Part shown: piece by piece, positions 25,291-37,539 of the stretch
Layout of the letters: each line of letters begins with the position of its first letter
Position numbering within the stretch: the stretch's first letter is position 1
Assembly: GCA_964036045.1 (NCBI GenBank)
Contig: OZ038379.1
Coordinates: 12,152,001 to 12,216,000, forward strand
Reading direction: 5' to 3'
Origin: Eutreptiella sp. 'Long Island Sound 2002'
Lineage: Eukaryota > Protista > Euglenida
Length of the DNA stretch: 64,000 nucleotides
Translations under genes and position numbers: made by a program
Notes under the pieces: generated by a model
What the model saw: only the letters and a program-made list of their open reading frames with translations
Told to the model about the DNA's origin: nothing
Databases searched by the model: none

Positions 25291-26693
25291 AAGGCCTGAT
25301 AGAATGGTACAATCACCCTTGCCAAGCGACAATTATAATCCGTTCCAGCAGCACAGGCCATAAATCCTACACCAACTGACAGTTCCCCTTTCCCCCGTGT
25401 CCCGCTCCTTGTTGTGCCAAGATCAGCTTAGGTGGGCGCATCAGCTGGTCAGTGAACTTTTCTGACACACCAATGATACTCTCGCGTTGGACTCTGTGGC
25501 GCCATGTGACATGTCAGGCAGGACCTGCAATCTGTTGGAAGGATTTCTGTGGCCTCAGAAACGAGTGAACTATCATACTTGTCAACAAAGACGCGGACAC
25601 ACGCCATGGTAGTAAAATGGGCCCAAGTGTCATCAACCATGGGACAACCCATAGACATCTTCCCACTCCAGACTGAGTGGAGCAAAGTTCTTCGTGGGAT
25701 GTCGGCCCAAGTGTGACCAAGCATGCAGGAAATGGAGAAGCATACGTTGGAGGTTGTTGCTGGTCGAGCATGAGGATGCCATGGAGACACAGAGTTGCGC
25801 AACGTGCGTGCACCTCAGCGCTGGGGATGGCCTCAGGAATGTCTGTGCCACTGCTCACAATTGCCTCTTGTTTCCTTCGGCCTCTTGTTTCCAAATGCAG
25901 CCTGGGGCTGGAGACCTTCCCCCCTTCGTCGCTGTGTGTGCGTGTGGATCCTCCACCAGCACCACTGATATCCGCGCACTGCACTGCACTATGTGTGTGT
26001 GGGGGGGGGGGGGGGGTCTAGTGTCCGGCAGGGGGACTGAGTTCTGGTAGGCATTAGTGCCACGGGCCACTCAGTAAAATCTGCTGCTATCGAGAGCTCA
26101 TAGTGATGTGCACCGTGGACATGACCCCTGTAGTGCCATGAAGGCCCCAGCAGGCCCAGAGCGAGTGAATAGTGGGCCCTATGCTGAAGCAACACAAATG
26201 CTGCTGAAGGGCCCGCAGAGCCGCCGGGAGAGCACCCCAGTTGAAGATGTGGCGCAGCCCCAGAAGGTATTCAGGAGTTTGGGCGACAGAAGCGGAAAGC
26301 CACTGTCCTGATGCAGAACACATGCGCTTGTGGCATAACGCCGCGTGAGTGTTACGCGCGTCAGATATAAGTCTCTTGAGACGCTTTGTTGTGCACACCT
26401 TCCATCGGGATCGTTGGAGCATTGGGGTCTAAAGGGTCTGTTGCCACTGCAATTAAGCCGTTCAGAGCAAGCTGTCCGACAGTCTGGTGGGGGCCCGGCC
26501 CGCATCTGACTCAAATTGAGTAGGATCCACCCACGTCCGATACGAGTCTCAGTATCACCCACCCGCATCGGATCTCAGACTCAGGATGATCTGCCCACAT
26601 CCAATCTGTGGCCCCGGAGGAGGGATCCCCACGCCCTGGAGTTGCTGGACACGGCAGATTTGCCAGGGAAGCCTCAGTGCCCCCCCGCAATGC

Positions 26694-27062
26694 TTACTCC
26701 ACAATCTCCAGCAGCTCTACGTCAAAGATCAGTGTGCTGAAAGGCAGGATCACGTCCCCTGCACCGCGCTCCCCGTACGCCAAGTCCGAGGGGATGTACA
26801 GCCGCCACGTGGCGCCAACCTGCATCAGACACAGGGCCTCCGTCCAGCCCTTGATCACCCGGTCCACCTGAAACGTCATGGGCTCGCCCCGTTTGTAGGA
26901 GCTGTCGAACTCGGTGCCGTCGATGAGGGTGCCCTTGTAGTGGGCCTTGATGGTGCTCGTGGCCCCAGGGGTCGCCCCGGTGCCGGTCTGCAGGACCTCG
27001 AACTGCAGCCCGGAGGCGGTGGTGGCCACCCCTTCCCGAGCACCATTGATCCTCAGGAAGTC
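26694..27062 (-). CDS. FKBP-type peptidyl-prolyl isomerase (Mip/FklB-like), exon 2 (FKBP_C domain)
   Basis: Acceptor cctccggcag|[27 protein letters not shown]...[21 protein letters not shown]...VIKGWTEAL...[12 protein letters not shown]...[17 protein letters not shown] carries the canonical FKBP motifs. Confidence 0.95.
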   Translation of the reverse strand, partial: DFLRINGAREGVATTASGLQFEVLQTGTGATPGATSTIKAHYKGTLIDGTEFDSSYKRGEPMTFQVDRVIKGWTEALCLMQVGATWRLYIPSDLAYGERGAGDVILPFSTLIFDVELLEIVE

Positions 27063-29015
27063 CTGCCGGAGGCGTTGGGCAGGTGGAGCGGGTGGGCACT
27101 TCTGGAGGGGCTGCGGTTGAGGGGGAGGGAGGCTGAAGGGGAGTTTAAAAAGGGGCCTGCCGGTGCGGTTACTGGCGGTTGGAAGGCAGTTTCAGTAGCC
27201 GTGCTGGCGGTTGCAAAACGATTGGAGGGCATTTGGGGGCAGTCAGAAGTGGTTGGGGCGGAACTGACGATCATCACCGAATGGGGGGATGGGGGGGACA
27301 ACACCCCCTTCAAGCGCAGGCCTGACTTCGGGGCATGAGTCCCCTCTGAGGACCACCCGCCGACATACGAGCGCACGACAGGGCATGTGTCTAACCATCA
27401 GTGTCAGACCCCCGGGTGCGGACTCTCGACCAGGGGGGTCTTTTGGAGTGTTCGGAGGCCGCGGCTTTACTCCTGGCGCCGATGGAGTGCGACCTTCGAA
27501 TCTTGAGATTCAAACCTGGAAACAAGGGCGCATGAGTCATGATGCAGTGCAGGTGTCTGCAGGGCCCTGTTGCCCTACCAACTTGAGAACCCCTGCCAGG
27601 AGTGAGGTGGGGTGCGGGCATCTGAAAAAGGCAACACTTGGAGTTGTTTGGGTGAAATAGCACTGGTCAGAAGGGGGTTTGCACCGGCCACTGTGCTTAC
27701 TCTTACCACTCTTGCCGGGCTGCCCCCAGTTGCCCTTATATTTGCGGTGCTTGCGCTGCACCGCGTCAGATGTCCCCCATGGGTGGCTACGAGATGAGAC
27801 GAAGCCATGACTGCCAAAAACAAAAGGGCAAATGACCCCCTACAATGGCGAGGGGGCGTTCAGGGTATTGCAAGAGGAGGTACAACCTAATGACGGTGAG
27901 CTAAGCGAAGGTGTAGATGGAACCTTTGGTAGACTTACCATGTTGAACACCCTCACCTACCAAGAGATACTGGATTGCTACCACTCAAAGGCACATCACT
28001 TCAAAAAAGAGTGGCAGGAGGGACAGTGCAAATTGGTGTGCGAAAGGCGCACTGTCGAAACCGCACTGTCAGAGTCTCGCAAGGGGGGGGGGGGGGGGGG
28101 TTGGCACAAGGCCTTGGTGGTTGGCTCTGTTAGGGGCCGCAAAGGGGGGGGGGGGGGTTCAACACAGAACCACAACGTACAGGACCTACGGAAGGGGGGG
28201 CCACACACACAAAAAGACACCAGCATGCACAATGCACGGACAGGATCAAATGGGCCAAATTGCGGTTGAAAGCGCAAAATGCTGCCCAAACACCCTGCAA
28301 CCAACCAAAAACCACCGAACCAGCTACAGCTCAAGACCTGTGAGCTCCCTGAAATGCCTCCTCTTTACGGGCTTCCCTCCCTACAAGCAGTAACTGTCGG
28401 GTTCCGGAGAGAGTTGGGGGGTTGGGGGTGGGGCCCCAAAAAATAATTTTCTGTTGACGACATTTTTGACTTCGCCGTTTTGCTCTGAGCATTGTGAATA
28501 CACACACGTTGGGGAGTAAAATCCCATTTTTCCATTCTCCACCTGCCACACCTTCGTCAGCTCTGTTGCCCCACAGGCCTGTGCCACGCCCGTGCCGTCT
28601 GTGGCATGTCTGACGCACTCCCCTCCCCCGCCCCATTGGCACCTGCTGTTGCCCACGGGTGCAGGTTGGGGGGTCTTTGAGGGGTGGGGATCCGGCCCCA
28701 CACGTGATACCCCCCCTGTGGGTTAGACGTCAGGTGGTTGGAAGAGGATGGGGATGGGGGCTGCTTGAAGGCCAAGGGGCCTCCTGTGTGCCATGATGTT
28801 TTTTAATTAAGACAAAAAAAAACTCGGGCTGTTCAGTAGCCAGCTTATTATTTGGGGATACAATTGGACAGCACTTGAAAGGCAAACAACGCCGGTTGGA
28901 GGAAAACCGACGGCAGTTGAAGATTCACCGAAGGTGGTAACTGACGGCAGAGGTCGGCGTTTGTTAACATCAAAAACAACACAAAAAGCCTTGCCGTGTG
29001 CACCGGATTTGTCAC

Positions 29016-29336
29016 CTCTTCGGGCTGCTTCTTCTCAGCATCAGCCTCGCGCATGGCCTGCTGCACCTTAGTCAACGCTGCCCGGAGCGTCTCCACTTCC
29101 ACCTGTGTTGTACGACCGTGCAAACCATCGGAGATCCCCTCGTACAAAGCAGTCTCGTCCACGCCCTTGAATGAGGTGTTGGCCAGATCGACCCCAATCT
29201 TCAGCCCCAGTCCATAACTGGCCTTGGACTCGGTGGTCGGGAACTTTGTGGTGCCATTGTCGGTGGTGTAGCTAGCCCGCGTGATGAGCTTCGCGGCGGC
29301 CCTGTAGGGCCTCCAAGAGAAACGGGTACCAATCAT
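29016..29336 (-). CDS. FKBP-type PPIase, exon 1 (presequence and FKBP_N dimerisation domain)
   Basis: ATG at 29336 follows a pyrimidine-rich tract with AG. SKASYGLGLKIG...VDETALYEGISDGL matches the FKBP_N pattern. The donor gaagag|gtgac is phase 0 and joins exon 2 in frame (229 aa total). Confidence 0.9.
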
Positions 29337-29924
29337 AAGTGACGCCTGTACCCCCAGGAGGAAGACAGCTGCGACAAACAAAGCAGAGGGGGCTGTACAG
29401 GACGCTTTTTCATCGAAACAACATCAAATCAGGCGATCCAGTCACCGCCTCATTAGGTACACAATTGGACAGGGGTATCCAATAGCAGTAAGAAGGTACC
29501 CGATAGCGGTTGGAGGTCGGCGTTGTTTTTTTTTTCTTCCAGAAATCGTTCACTAACAAATGCCCTGGGCTGCGCGCTGGGATCTCAAGGGGGCACTATG
29601 ATATGAGGGGTGAGCGATGCACTGGTGTTGGTCAACAGGCACCGCCCCAGCAGACATGCCTTGCAGAGTTGCACACTGTGCGCTTGGCTGACAACGAATT
29701 CACGCTCTGGATACGTTCTAGCAGAACGAAGCCTACTAGCATCCGGCATGATTGTTGTTTGACGCCTCACTTGTTTTTTTCCGGTACACTCAAGACTGAA
29801 TTTCGACCAGTGCCTGCAAGAAACTCAGTTTTGTGAGGAATGGTTCCGCCGTACGTGCCACTCAGTAATATCCACGACTGTCACACCCCGAACTGAGTAC
29901 GAAACAGCTGATCTATGCAGCAAC

Positions 29925-30420
29925 TTTTCATTTCTCCCCATCTCGGGGACTCCAAGACAGCAGGGGTTATGTAGCCACTTTTGATTCCAGCCCACTTTGG
30001 GGATCCTAGGACGGCAGCAGATATGAAGGCTCTTTGGACCCGGAGAAAGTTGGGGGTCTGCCACCACTGTTGATTTCCCCCCATTTTGGGGACCTCGAGA
30101 CGGCAAGGGTCATGTCTCTTTGATTCCTGCCTAATTTAGGGACTCAGAAACAGCAGCAGTTCTGCAACCACTTTTGATTTTTCCTCATTCTAGGGACTCC
30201 TAGATAGCAAGAGATATGTAGCCACTTGTGATTTCTCCCCAGTCTAGGGACCCCAAGACGGCAAGGGTTATGTACAGCAGGGGTTATGCAACCACTTGTG
30301 ATTCTTCCCCATCTATGGACCTTGAGATGGGACAGGTTTTGGAGCCACGTTTGATTCCTCTGCATCTTGGGGACCCCAAGCTGGCAGTAGTTATGCTACC
30401 ACTCTTGATCTTTGTGATCC
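29925..30420 (-). repeat. Degenerate array of the ~55-60-bp satellite family
   Basis: Repeated tgatt...ggggacccc...gcaggggttatgtagccac units, which are the reverse complement of the 51608-51850 unit. Confidence 0.7.
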
Positions 30421-31462
30421 CTCCCTGCCATAAACACCCCAACACAGTAGGGGCTTTGTGGCACAAGGCTATGCCGGCACAGCATGGTACTGGTGTTGGG
30501 GAACTCTTACAAGGCTGCTAGACTCTACCTTTCAATTCAATAGGATTGAATTGGATGGAGGGCCGTTTGCCTTCTTGAGTCACACCCGCTATCTACGCAT
30601 GTCTCATTGGTATCACATTTGTTTGTTCTTTTTGTGCTTGCGGTGCTTTGCAACACCGCCACAATTTTATTTTGTTTGCACTCAAAAGCAATGCTTGCTA
30701 AGTCCACATTATGCCAATTGTGCATTAAAGGCGTGCACCATAAAGTGGTGTGGACCAAGTACATGGGAAACAAAGGTGGTGCGGACAGCTGGGGGGGGGG
30801 GGATTTTTTACCGGGTGGGATATTTTTTCGAAGCCCTAGGGGAGCGGGGGGGGGGTACAAAAAAAAGTTGGTCCTACAAAAAATTTTTTTTCTTCCCATG
30901 TCACACATCATCATTCCCACCTCAGCAATGCATGTTGTTCGCTCAATCGTGAACTTGTGCTGCAATGCATGCTATGGAAAAGGGGCCACCGATAGCTACA
31001 TGTCACAAATGGCATGTAGGAGATGGGCTAGTACCTTGGATAGCCCATTAGGACTGCCAACTAGTGCCAAAGTCATGTCATGCCATGGATGGGAACACCA
31101 TGATTATGTGTGTTGGGTGGCATTAACGTTAAGGGTTACAAAACCCCCTGAGTACTCTTAGCTACGTATCGTGTTGCAGCGCCCCACCCGGGTCTCTTGT
31201 CGGCCCCATGCACAGGGGCGAGAACCCGGGCAAGCAACTAGTGGACCCCGCGTGGGTACAATCCCGTCGTGGCCGTTCAATAGGTGCCCCATGTCTATTG
31301 TGGACCCCACGGCATCAATCTTCCCACCCGGCTGCTCCAATTTCTCTGCCACTATGTACGTGTCCATTGCCTTACAGCGCTAGTTGATGGACCTCATGTG
31401 GTTCGGATGGCTCGTCTTGGCCGTTCAATGGGTGCCCCATGTCCGTTGTGGACCCCACGATG

Positions 31463-34400
31463 CAAGCTCTAATTAAACACTATCCAAAGGCCATTTGACT
31501 AGTGACTAGTAACTTGTTTATTTTGGTGAAAATTGGTTGTTTTTTTACCGTTTTTTTTAAACAAATTGTTTGCAAAAATGATCATTCTGCAGCTGCTTGC
31601 CTCCTTATACCCATTCCTTTCATTGCAGGTTCATAGGACACAACTTTGTTCCATGTGGCTGGTACCATTGAGGTCTGTATAATTCTCTACTACATGTTTA
31701 GATATGTCTGTATGCCTTCAACTTTGGTACAAAACAAATCCCATGCTGTTTATTTTTGGATGCTCCCAATCCTTGTTTATTTATGGGACCTTCATTCAAA
31801 TGTTTAATTTTGGGACCTTCATTCAAATGTTTATTTTTGGGACCTTCATTCAACTGAAATGATTGTTCCGCTGTGCCTTGTTTTTTTTTCCCCCGCTGTT
31901 TGCGCTTGCATCTGAATAATAATATTGGCTCATCCCTTCCTGTAATCCATACCCTGCACATGAAACAAGAGCACAACATAAACATGCGGAACATCTTTGT
32001 ATTTGTTTATGTGCGCGGGCTCCACTGCCCCACTGCAGTTGCTTTAGAAGTCCGGTGGCCACTCACTCCCCTCCCGCTCCCTGACAGCCCTGCTGTCGTG
32101 CTCCTGCCCGAGGCAGAAGCGCCTCTCCCCCTCACCCTCCTCTTCCTCCTGCCCCTCCTCCCCTTCACCACCCTCGTCCCTCTCGTTCTCCTCCTCGTCT
32201 TGTTCGTCATCGTCCACATTGATAACGTTGTCCTCTGGTGCCACGCATTGACTCGCCGGGGGGCCTGAGAAGCACAACTCATCACGTGCCCTCGCCACAA
32301 AATCACTTGCCTGCGACATGAATTCTGTGCGCCCGGTGCTGTTGTGCAGGGGGACACCATAAAACCGTGTATGGGAGCCCTCGTGAGAAACCAGAGCGGC
32401 ATTGAATGCTAGCCACTCATCACCTTCCCATCGCGCTACTTTGTCCAACTCAGCAACGCATGCCTCCACACTGTGATCAATCAGAGCAGAGCACCTCTTC
32501 GTCACCTGGATTCCCTGGGACATTAGGGCTGAAGCCTGCACAACATCCAGCATAAAAAACAGACCACATAGAAACACCTCGTTCGTGAGTGCAAAAAGCA
32601 AAGCATCTCTTTGTTCTTTGTGGACTGCCTTGCTCAGGTGTACCTCACGCAAACCAAGGACAACAATCACATAGCACCGCTTCATACGGCGCAAGGCATC
32701 TGCTGCAAAAGCACACCAGCGACGAGTGTGCAGATCCCCTAATTTCAAGAATGCGGCATCGAGGGCGAGAGCCAATGCATGCAATGTCTTGAGCCTAGAG
32801 GGAGCATTATTCCAAAACAGCGCAACACACTGCAACGTGTCAGCAAGTAGATCAAGAAACGCATGGTCGGAGGCGATGGCGGCCTTAAAGGCCAGCTCGC
32901 ATCTGTGACACGATGCGTGATATGGCACCACCACATCATAGCCTGCGATCTCCTTCTGCAAGTCGCCGATGATGCGGATAATCCCACCACATTCGCCCTG
33001 AACCACACTGGCCCCATCCCCACAGTAGAAAAAGAGCTTACGGATCCAAACATCAAGATCCACGTCTGCATGGGCCATTGCCCGTTTCAATGCAGTAACT
33101 ATTCCTGGAGCGGTGCCGGAGGGGAGGGGTTGGCAAGAGAAATAATTGGTAGCCATCACTCCATCAACGACGGCACGAACATAAAAAAGCTCTTCTTTCT
33201 TTGCTGCGCGGTCTGTGCACGAGTCTGATGCGATGGAGAAAAAAGAAGACTCCTTGATTACTAGACCCTGGGAAATGCGAAATGGTTGGGAAATAAAGCG
33301 CAGCACCTCCCTAGCCGAGAAGGGTGAACGATAACTTGGGATAATTGTGCCTCCATTGAGTGACACGAGCTCGGCATCCCCTTCCACATGACTGAGGGGA
33401 CCAGCGCGGTGCACAATCCTGTACACGGTCCTGAATAGGACCAGGATGCCCTGTAGCACATGAGGGGGCAAGGTTTTAATGACCGACGTCACCCGACCAC
33501 CTGATTGCCACAAGGCCAAGGACACAGCGTGTGAGCCCGACCGCTGGTGATGCTTAAGGGTGCACAACATGAAGTTTGAAGTACCTTGCACGAAGGGAAC
33601 AGAGTGGCCAAGTTGAGGATACTGTTTACATGCAATGCACCACATCTTGTCCGTAGTAGCCTCATACCTTAGCCAAGACCGGGTAAGAAGCCACTCCCTT
33701 CTGAACTGCCGTTTCTTGGGGGAGGGGGGTCAGACGGCCGGCACCTCTCAACACAGGAGGTGCAAATACCATCTGTGGTGCACCCTGGACATACGCGGAA
33801 ATGACACGTGTGGCATTCCACATCAGGCGTGGACACTTCCTGTCCACAGGCACGGCAGGTGCACGAGAAGCAATGCACGGTTGATCCAACCATGGTCATG
33901 CACGCCTCATCAACCACCTTGTGGCACCTCTGACAAGAATACTTGGTGCCACAAATGTTTGCACCACAACATGCACACCTTACCGGAACAAGAAGAAAAG
34001 GACTTAGGGAGGGGGTGGCACGTGAGGACGACGGAGGTGGGGCAGCCGATGCGCCTGAACTAGACGCCGGCTTCTTGAGGGTGAAGGCCCAGCCATCGCG
34101 CGTGCCATCCGACTTGGCGGCGCGCATGACTTGGATGTGGGCCAACTTCGTCAATGACCCACCGTCGGGGGAGTGTAGGTACCGGAGGGCAGCCGCGGCA
34201 TTGCTGAAATGCATCCAATCGGCACCCTCGGGAGCGACCGGACCGAGGCGGCGCATCCATACATCACCACCCATCCCGAGATGCGAAATAGGAAAAGAGG
34301 GTCTGAAGGGTAAACAAACAAGAAGACGAGAGATGATAATTCTTCTGGCACATTGGACAAACACAGGAAACAGCAAAGTTCAGGCTTTGTCTATCTATTT

Positions 34401-34803
34401 ATGGTAATGCGTACGGACATGCGGTGAATTAGAAGCGAGAACTTTGTTTATTTTGTGTTGAAGCCTGTTGTTCTAATGTGGATGTACAAATGCAATCCGT
34501 CACAAAGTGTCAAGAGGCACATTTCCCTGACCTCTTTGTTGTAAGCGAACGAGATGGCGTTTATGATTATTTAAATTTAAATGACACCTACCGGAAATGA
34601 CAACTTGCAAGCGAATGGCACAACAAGGCAACCCAAAACCTTCCCCAATGCATGCAACAATATGTGAAAACACCAATAAACATCAATAAACATCGATAAA
34701 CAGCGATTCTCGCCCCAAAACGGGCGTTTTTTGAAAAATAAACGCATAAACGCGTTTATTTTGAATTTGAATAGCGACTTGAATAGCAGTTAATTAGAGC
34801 CTG
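31463..34803 (-). mobile_element. hAT-superfamily DNA transposon, 3341 bp
   Basis: The 8-bp TSD ccacgatg is identical on both sides (31455-31462 and 34804-34811). The TIRs are caagctctaattaa and the reverse complement caggctctaattaa. Subterminal gtttat/ataaac motifs occur at both ends, including a 27-bp triplicate at ~31777-31855. A transposase ORF lies inside. Confidence 0.95.
32044..34274 (-). pseudogene. hAT (ZNF862-like) transposase: NUMOD1-like HTH, two PHD-like fingers, TTF-type zinc finger and a truncated catalytic core; one frameshift at ~33715-33729
   Basis: The ORF 32044-33645 frame extends upstream as KKRQFRREWLLTRSWLRY...MWCIACK...HHQRSGSH (TTF finger). Core motifs are SIASDSCTD, CGDGASV, CHRCELA (CxxH) and TRRW. 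The upstream ORF (ATG 34274) is one base out of frame at a poly-C run. Confidence 0.85.
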
Positions 34804-36428
34804 CCACGATGCCCATCTTCCCACCAAGCTGTTTCACTTTACACTATCATACCATGTACACGGCACAGCCTTGGTGCCAATATATGGCACCTGCTCCAAA
34901 ATGACCCAGTGATCTAACTTGGAGATCCAAGCTAGTTCACGCATTGGAGATGCAAGCCCGTTCACACAATAGAGATCCCAGCCGGTTGACACAATGGATA
35001 TCCAAGCCGGTTCACACAATGAAGATCCAAATTGGTTCACAACATTTTTGTGGGAATCCCATCCAAATTACATGGCCTTGGTCGAACACGAGGTTTTCAA
35101 TGCTCCCCACAGCCCCTCAAGCTGGGATCGTCGCCTCACATATGTTCAAGTATGCATGGCCTTGGCCTTCTTTTGAGGTGTGTCTTCACAGTGTCCGTGT
35201 CTTACGGTAAGCCGAGTAGGCCTTCTTTGTCGTGCACTTTTTCTTTTTTCTTGGTTGACTCCAAAAGTTCGAAGAGTTCTCAAGATAGTTCTTGGTCAGT
35301 GGGCCTCACTTCAGCATATGATACGGTGGATCCTTGCAATGCAGGGCACGGGGCGCAGACCCACAGCCCATAAGCATGTACAAGAGGGCTCTCTAGTGCG
35401 GTAGGCGACTGCCACGCCATAAGGCAAACCTAACAGTGGTCCGTCAGGAGATGACTGGCAAAAATTTATGAGACCCCACTAAACTTCTTTGTCGTGCTTT
35501 TTTTCTTTGATGTCCGACCGGAGCAACCTCACTGACGAGCATTTACGAGGAGCTAGATGATGAGGACGTGCTGCAGCTTGAGTTGGACGAGGCATCATAG
35601 GTCCGCGAACTACTATCCTCTTTCTCTTCATCAAAATTTGAGGGTTGTGATCCTCCACTTGGATCATAATTTGCACCAGCTACATCTTGGCAGAAAGCAA
35701 CGGTAAAAGCACTGAAAGTGACGGAAACAAGAACTGCTACTACTACACCTACTACCACTACACCCACAACAAAGGGGGTTGCTTGCACGTATCGGACTAG
35801 GCGAAGGACGCCGGTGAAGTGGAGGAGGGGGATCTTGATGGTAGCGAGGGGCGTGTTGCCACATCATGCTCGGCGTCTTGGTTGCTTGCGCGCGGCCATG
35901 TATCCTCTTCGGCCTCGTCGGTTTTCGCCATTGCCTCCCGTTGCAATTTTGACTCGCAGAGTTTTTTTTACTTGTTTTCTAGTCCTTGTGCCTTTTGGCA
36001 GTGGGTGCTACCTTTGGGTTACATCTGCATTGTACACTGTTGGCCGTTTCGCCTACCTCTAAAGCGCGTTGCTTGCCTGGGGAGCGCTGCCACACTTCTT
36101 GCTCCGAGGGAGGGGCATCAAATTTCCAGTGGGGGTGGGATGTGACCCACCGGGCTCCGAGTTGTGTCGCTATTGTAGTGAACAAGGTGACAACTGCCAA
36201 AGCACAATTTCAGCCCATTAATGCATTTTGTGCCCACAGATGGTTTGTGAAGCATGATATGGCATTGTGTAAAATGTTCGTAGACAACGAGCCAATCAAG
36301 TGCCCCGTTCTAGGATGTGCCAATTGGGTTTACTACGACATGGAACAACACATGAAGGTGGATGAATACCAGCCCATCGCCTCCACGCTCCTCGCACTCA
36401 TCCTAGGTACCACCACGGTATAGGCGGC

Positions 36429-37522
36429 GTGAGCATGCACCGAGGAGGACTACAAGGAGCTACACCAGGGCGGTTGCGGCGGATCACGCCTAGGAAGCCA
36501 CCATCGGAGTGGCCGGTTGCCGACAACCTGGCGGCTCTGCAACGGGCCGCGCTGGTGGGCCTGTCCCTTGCAGAGGCGCATGCGAGTGCTGAGGACAACC
36601 TAGAGCAACAGGAACCGGTCACAAATGTCAAGACGGTGCTGTTGGTCAACTACGGTGTGTCCAGCAAGGCCATGGCAGATACTGCCATGCGGGCGCTCAC
36701 ATCCCGGCGTATGGACCTTGAGATTGCAGGCTGTAGACTCCAGTGCGTTGTCACAGTCAAGCGCAAGCCCTAGGAGATAGCAGAGCAAAGGGCCGTCAAT
36801 CTAGCCCCGCGGGTCAATGCTCATGGCCACGTGGGCACGTAAGCTTGAAGATGCCACGCCGGAGGACGCCATGTTGGACAATGAGCGGGATGAGGAGCTG
36901 CAGCCGCTGGCGCTGGAGATTGGCAACCTCAGGTGCACCACGGCTTTGCTTGACCAAGCCATGCTTCTCTCGGCAAGGGACGGGGGGGGGGGGGGCACGA
37001 GCACAAGTGCATGCAATGGGCCAAACGCGAGGCCTAGAGCCATCTCAAAAGGGTTCCAGCTCCCGACGTGATTGTGCAGCCGCATATGGCTGTGGGCGAA
37101 CGCGCAGGGCACCGCTTGGAGGTATGGTTGCCTCTCCCTTTGGAGGCGGCGAGCAAGGCCCTTAGGGCGAGCGGGCGCGTTGCAGGTGTCTGTTGCCGCC
37201 CCTGGAGTAGAGAAGATGAAGGTGTGGCAATCCCTGCGCGCATGACTTGGTACACGGTCCTGATGGCCCCCACGGGGCCGCTAACCGAGTATTGGAGCTG
37301 GATGCCAATGCGGGGACGGCAGGCCATCCAGCCGGGCTCTACTGGGAAGACTCACCAGGACGAGTTGGAGTGCGAACATGGGGGGCGTGGGAGCCGTCCC
37401 GAGACTATCTTCAAGCTGTGGCTCATGTGCTGGTGGCCCGAGTCCCTAAGGCTCGGACTTGGCGCACAGTTAATGCCGAGCTTGAGTCTGCGTCCTTTGG
37501 ACATTTGTGGGGTGCAATGTGA
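36429..37522 (+). mobile_element. Decayed coding-like region, probably a TE ORF remnant (family unassigned)
   Basis: Protein-like stretches lie in alternating frames (36429-36773, 36817-37071, 37247-37522) with stops and shifts and no diagnostic motif. Confidence 0.25.
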
Positions 37523-37539
37523 TTGCGTTGTGAGCCCTT

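Noticed and set aside
25400-26560. Possible retroelement remnant downstream of FKBP
   Set aside because: There are protein-like fragments in several minus frames but no RT, endonuclease or RNase H motif that I could identify.
33715-33729. Programmed -1 ribosomal frameshift in the hAT transposase
   Set aside because: The site does not fit the X XXY YYZ slippery pattern. A one-base homopolymer indel, either mutation or sequencing error, is simpler.
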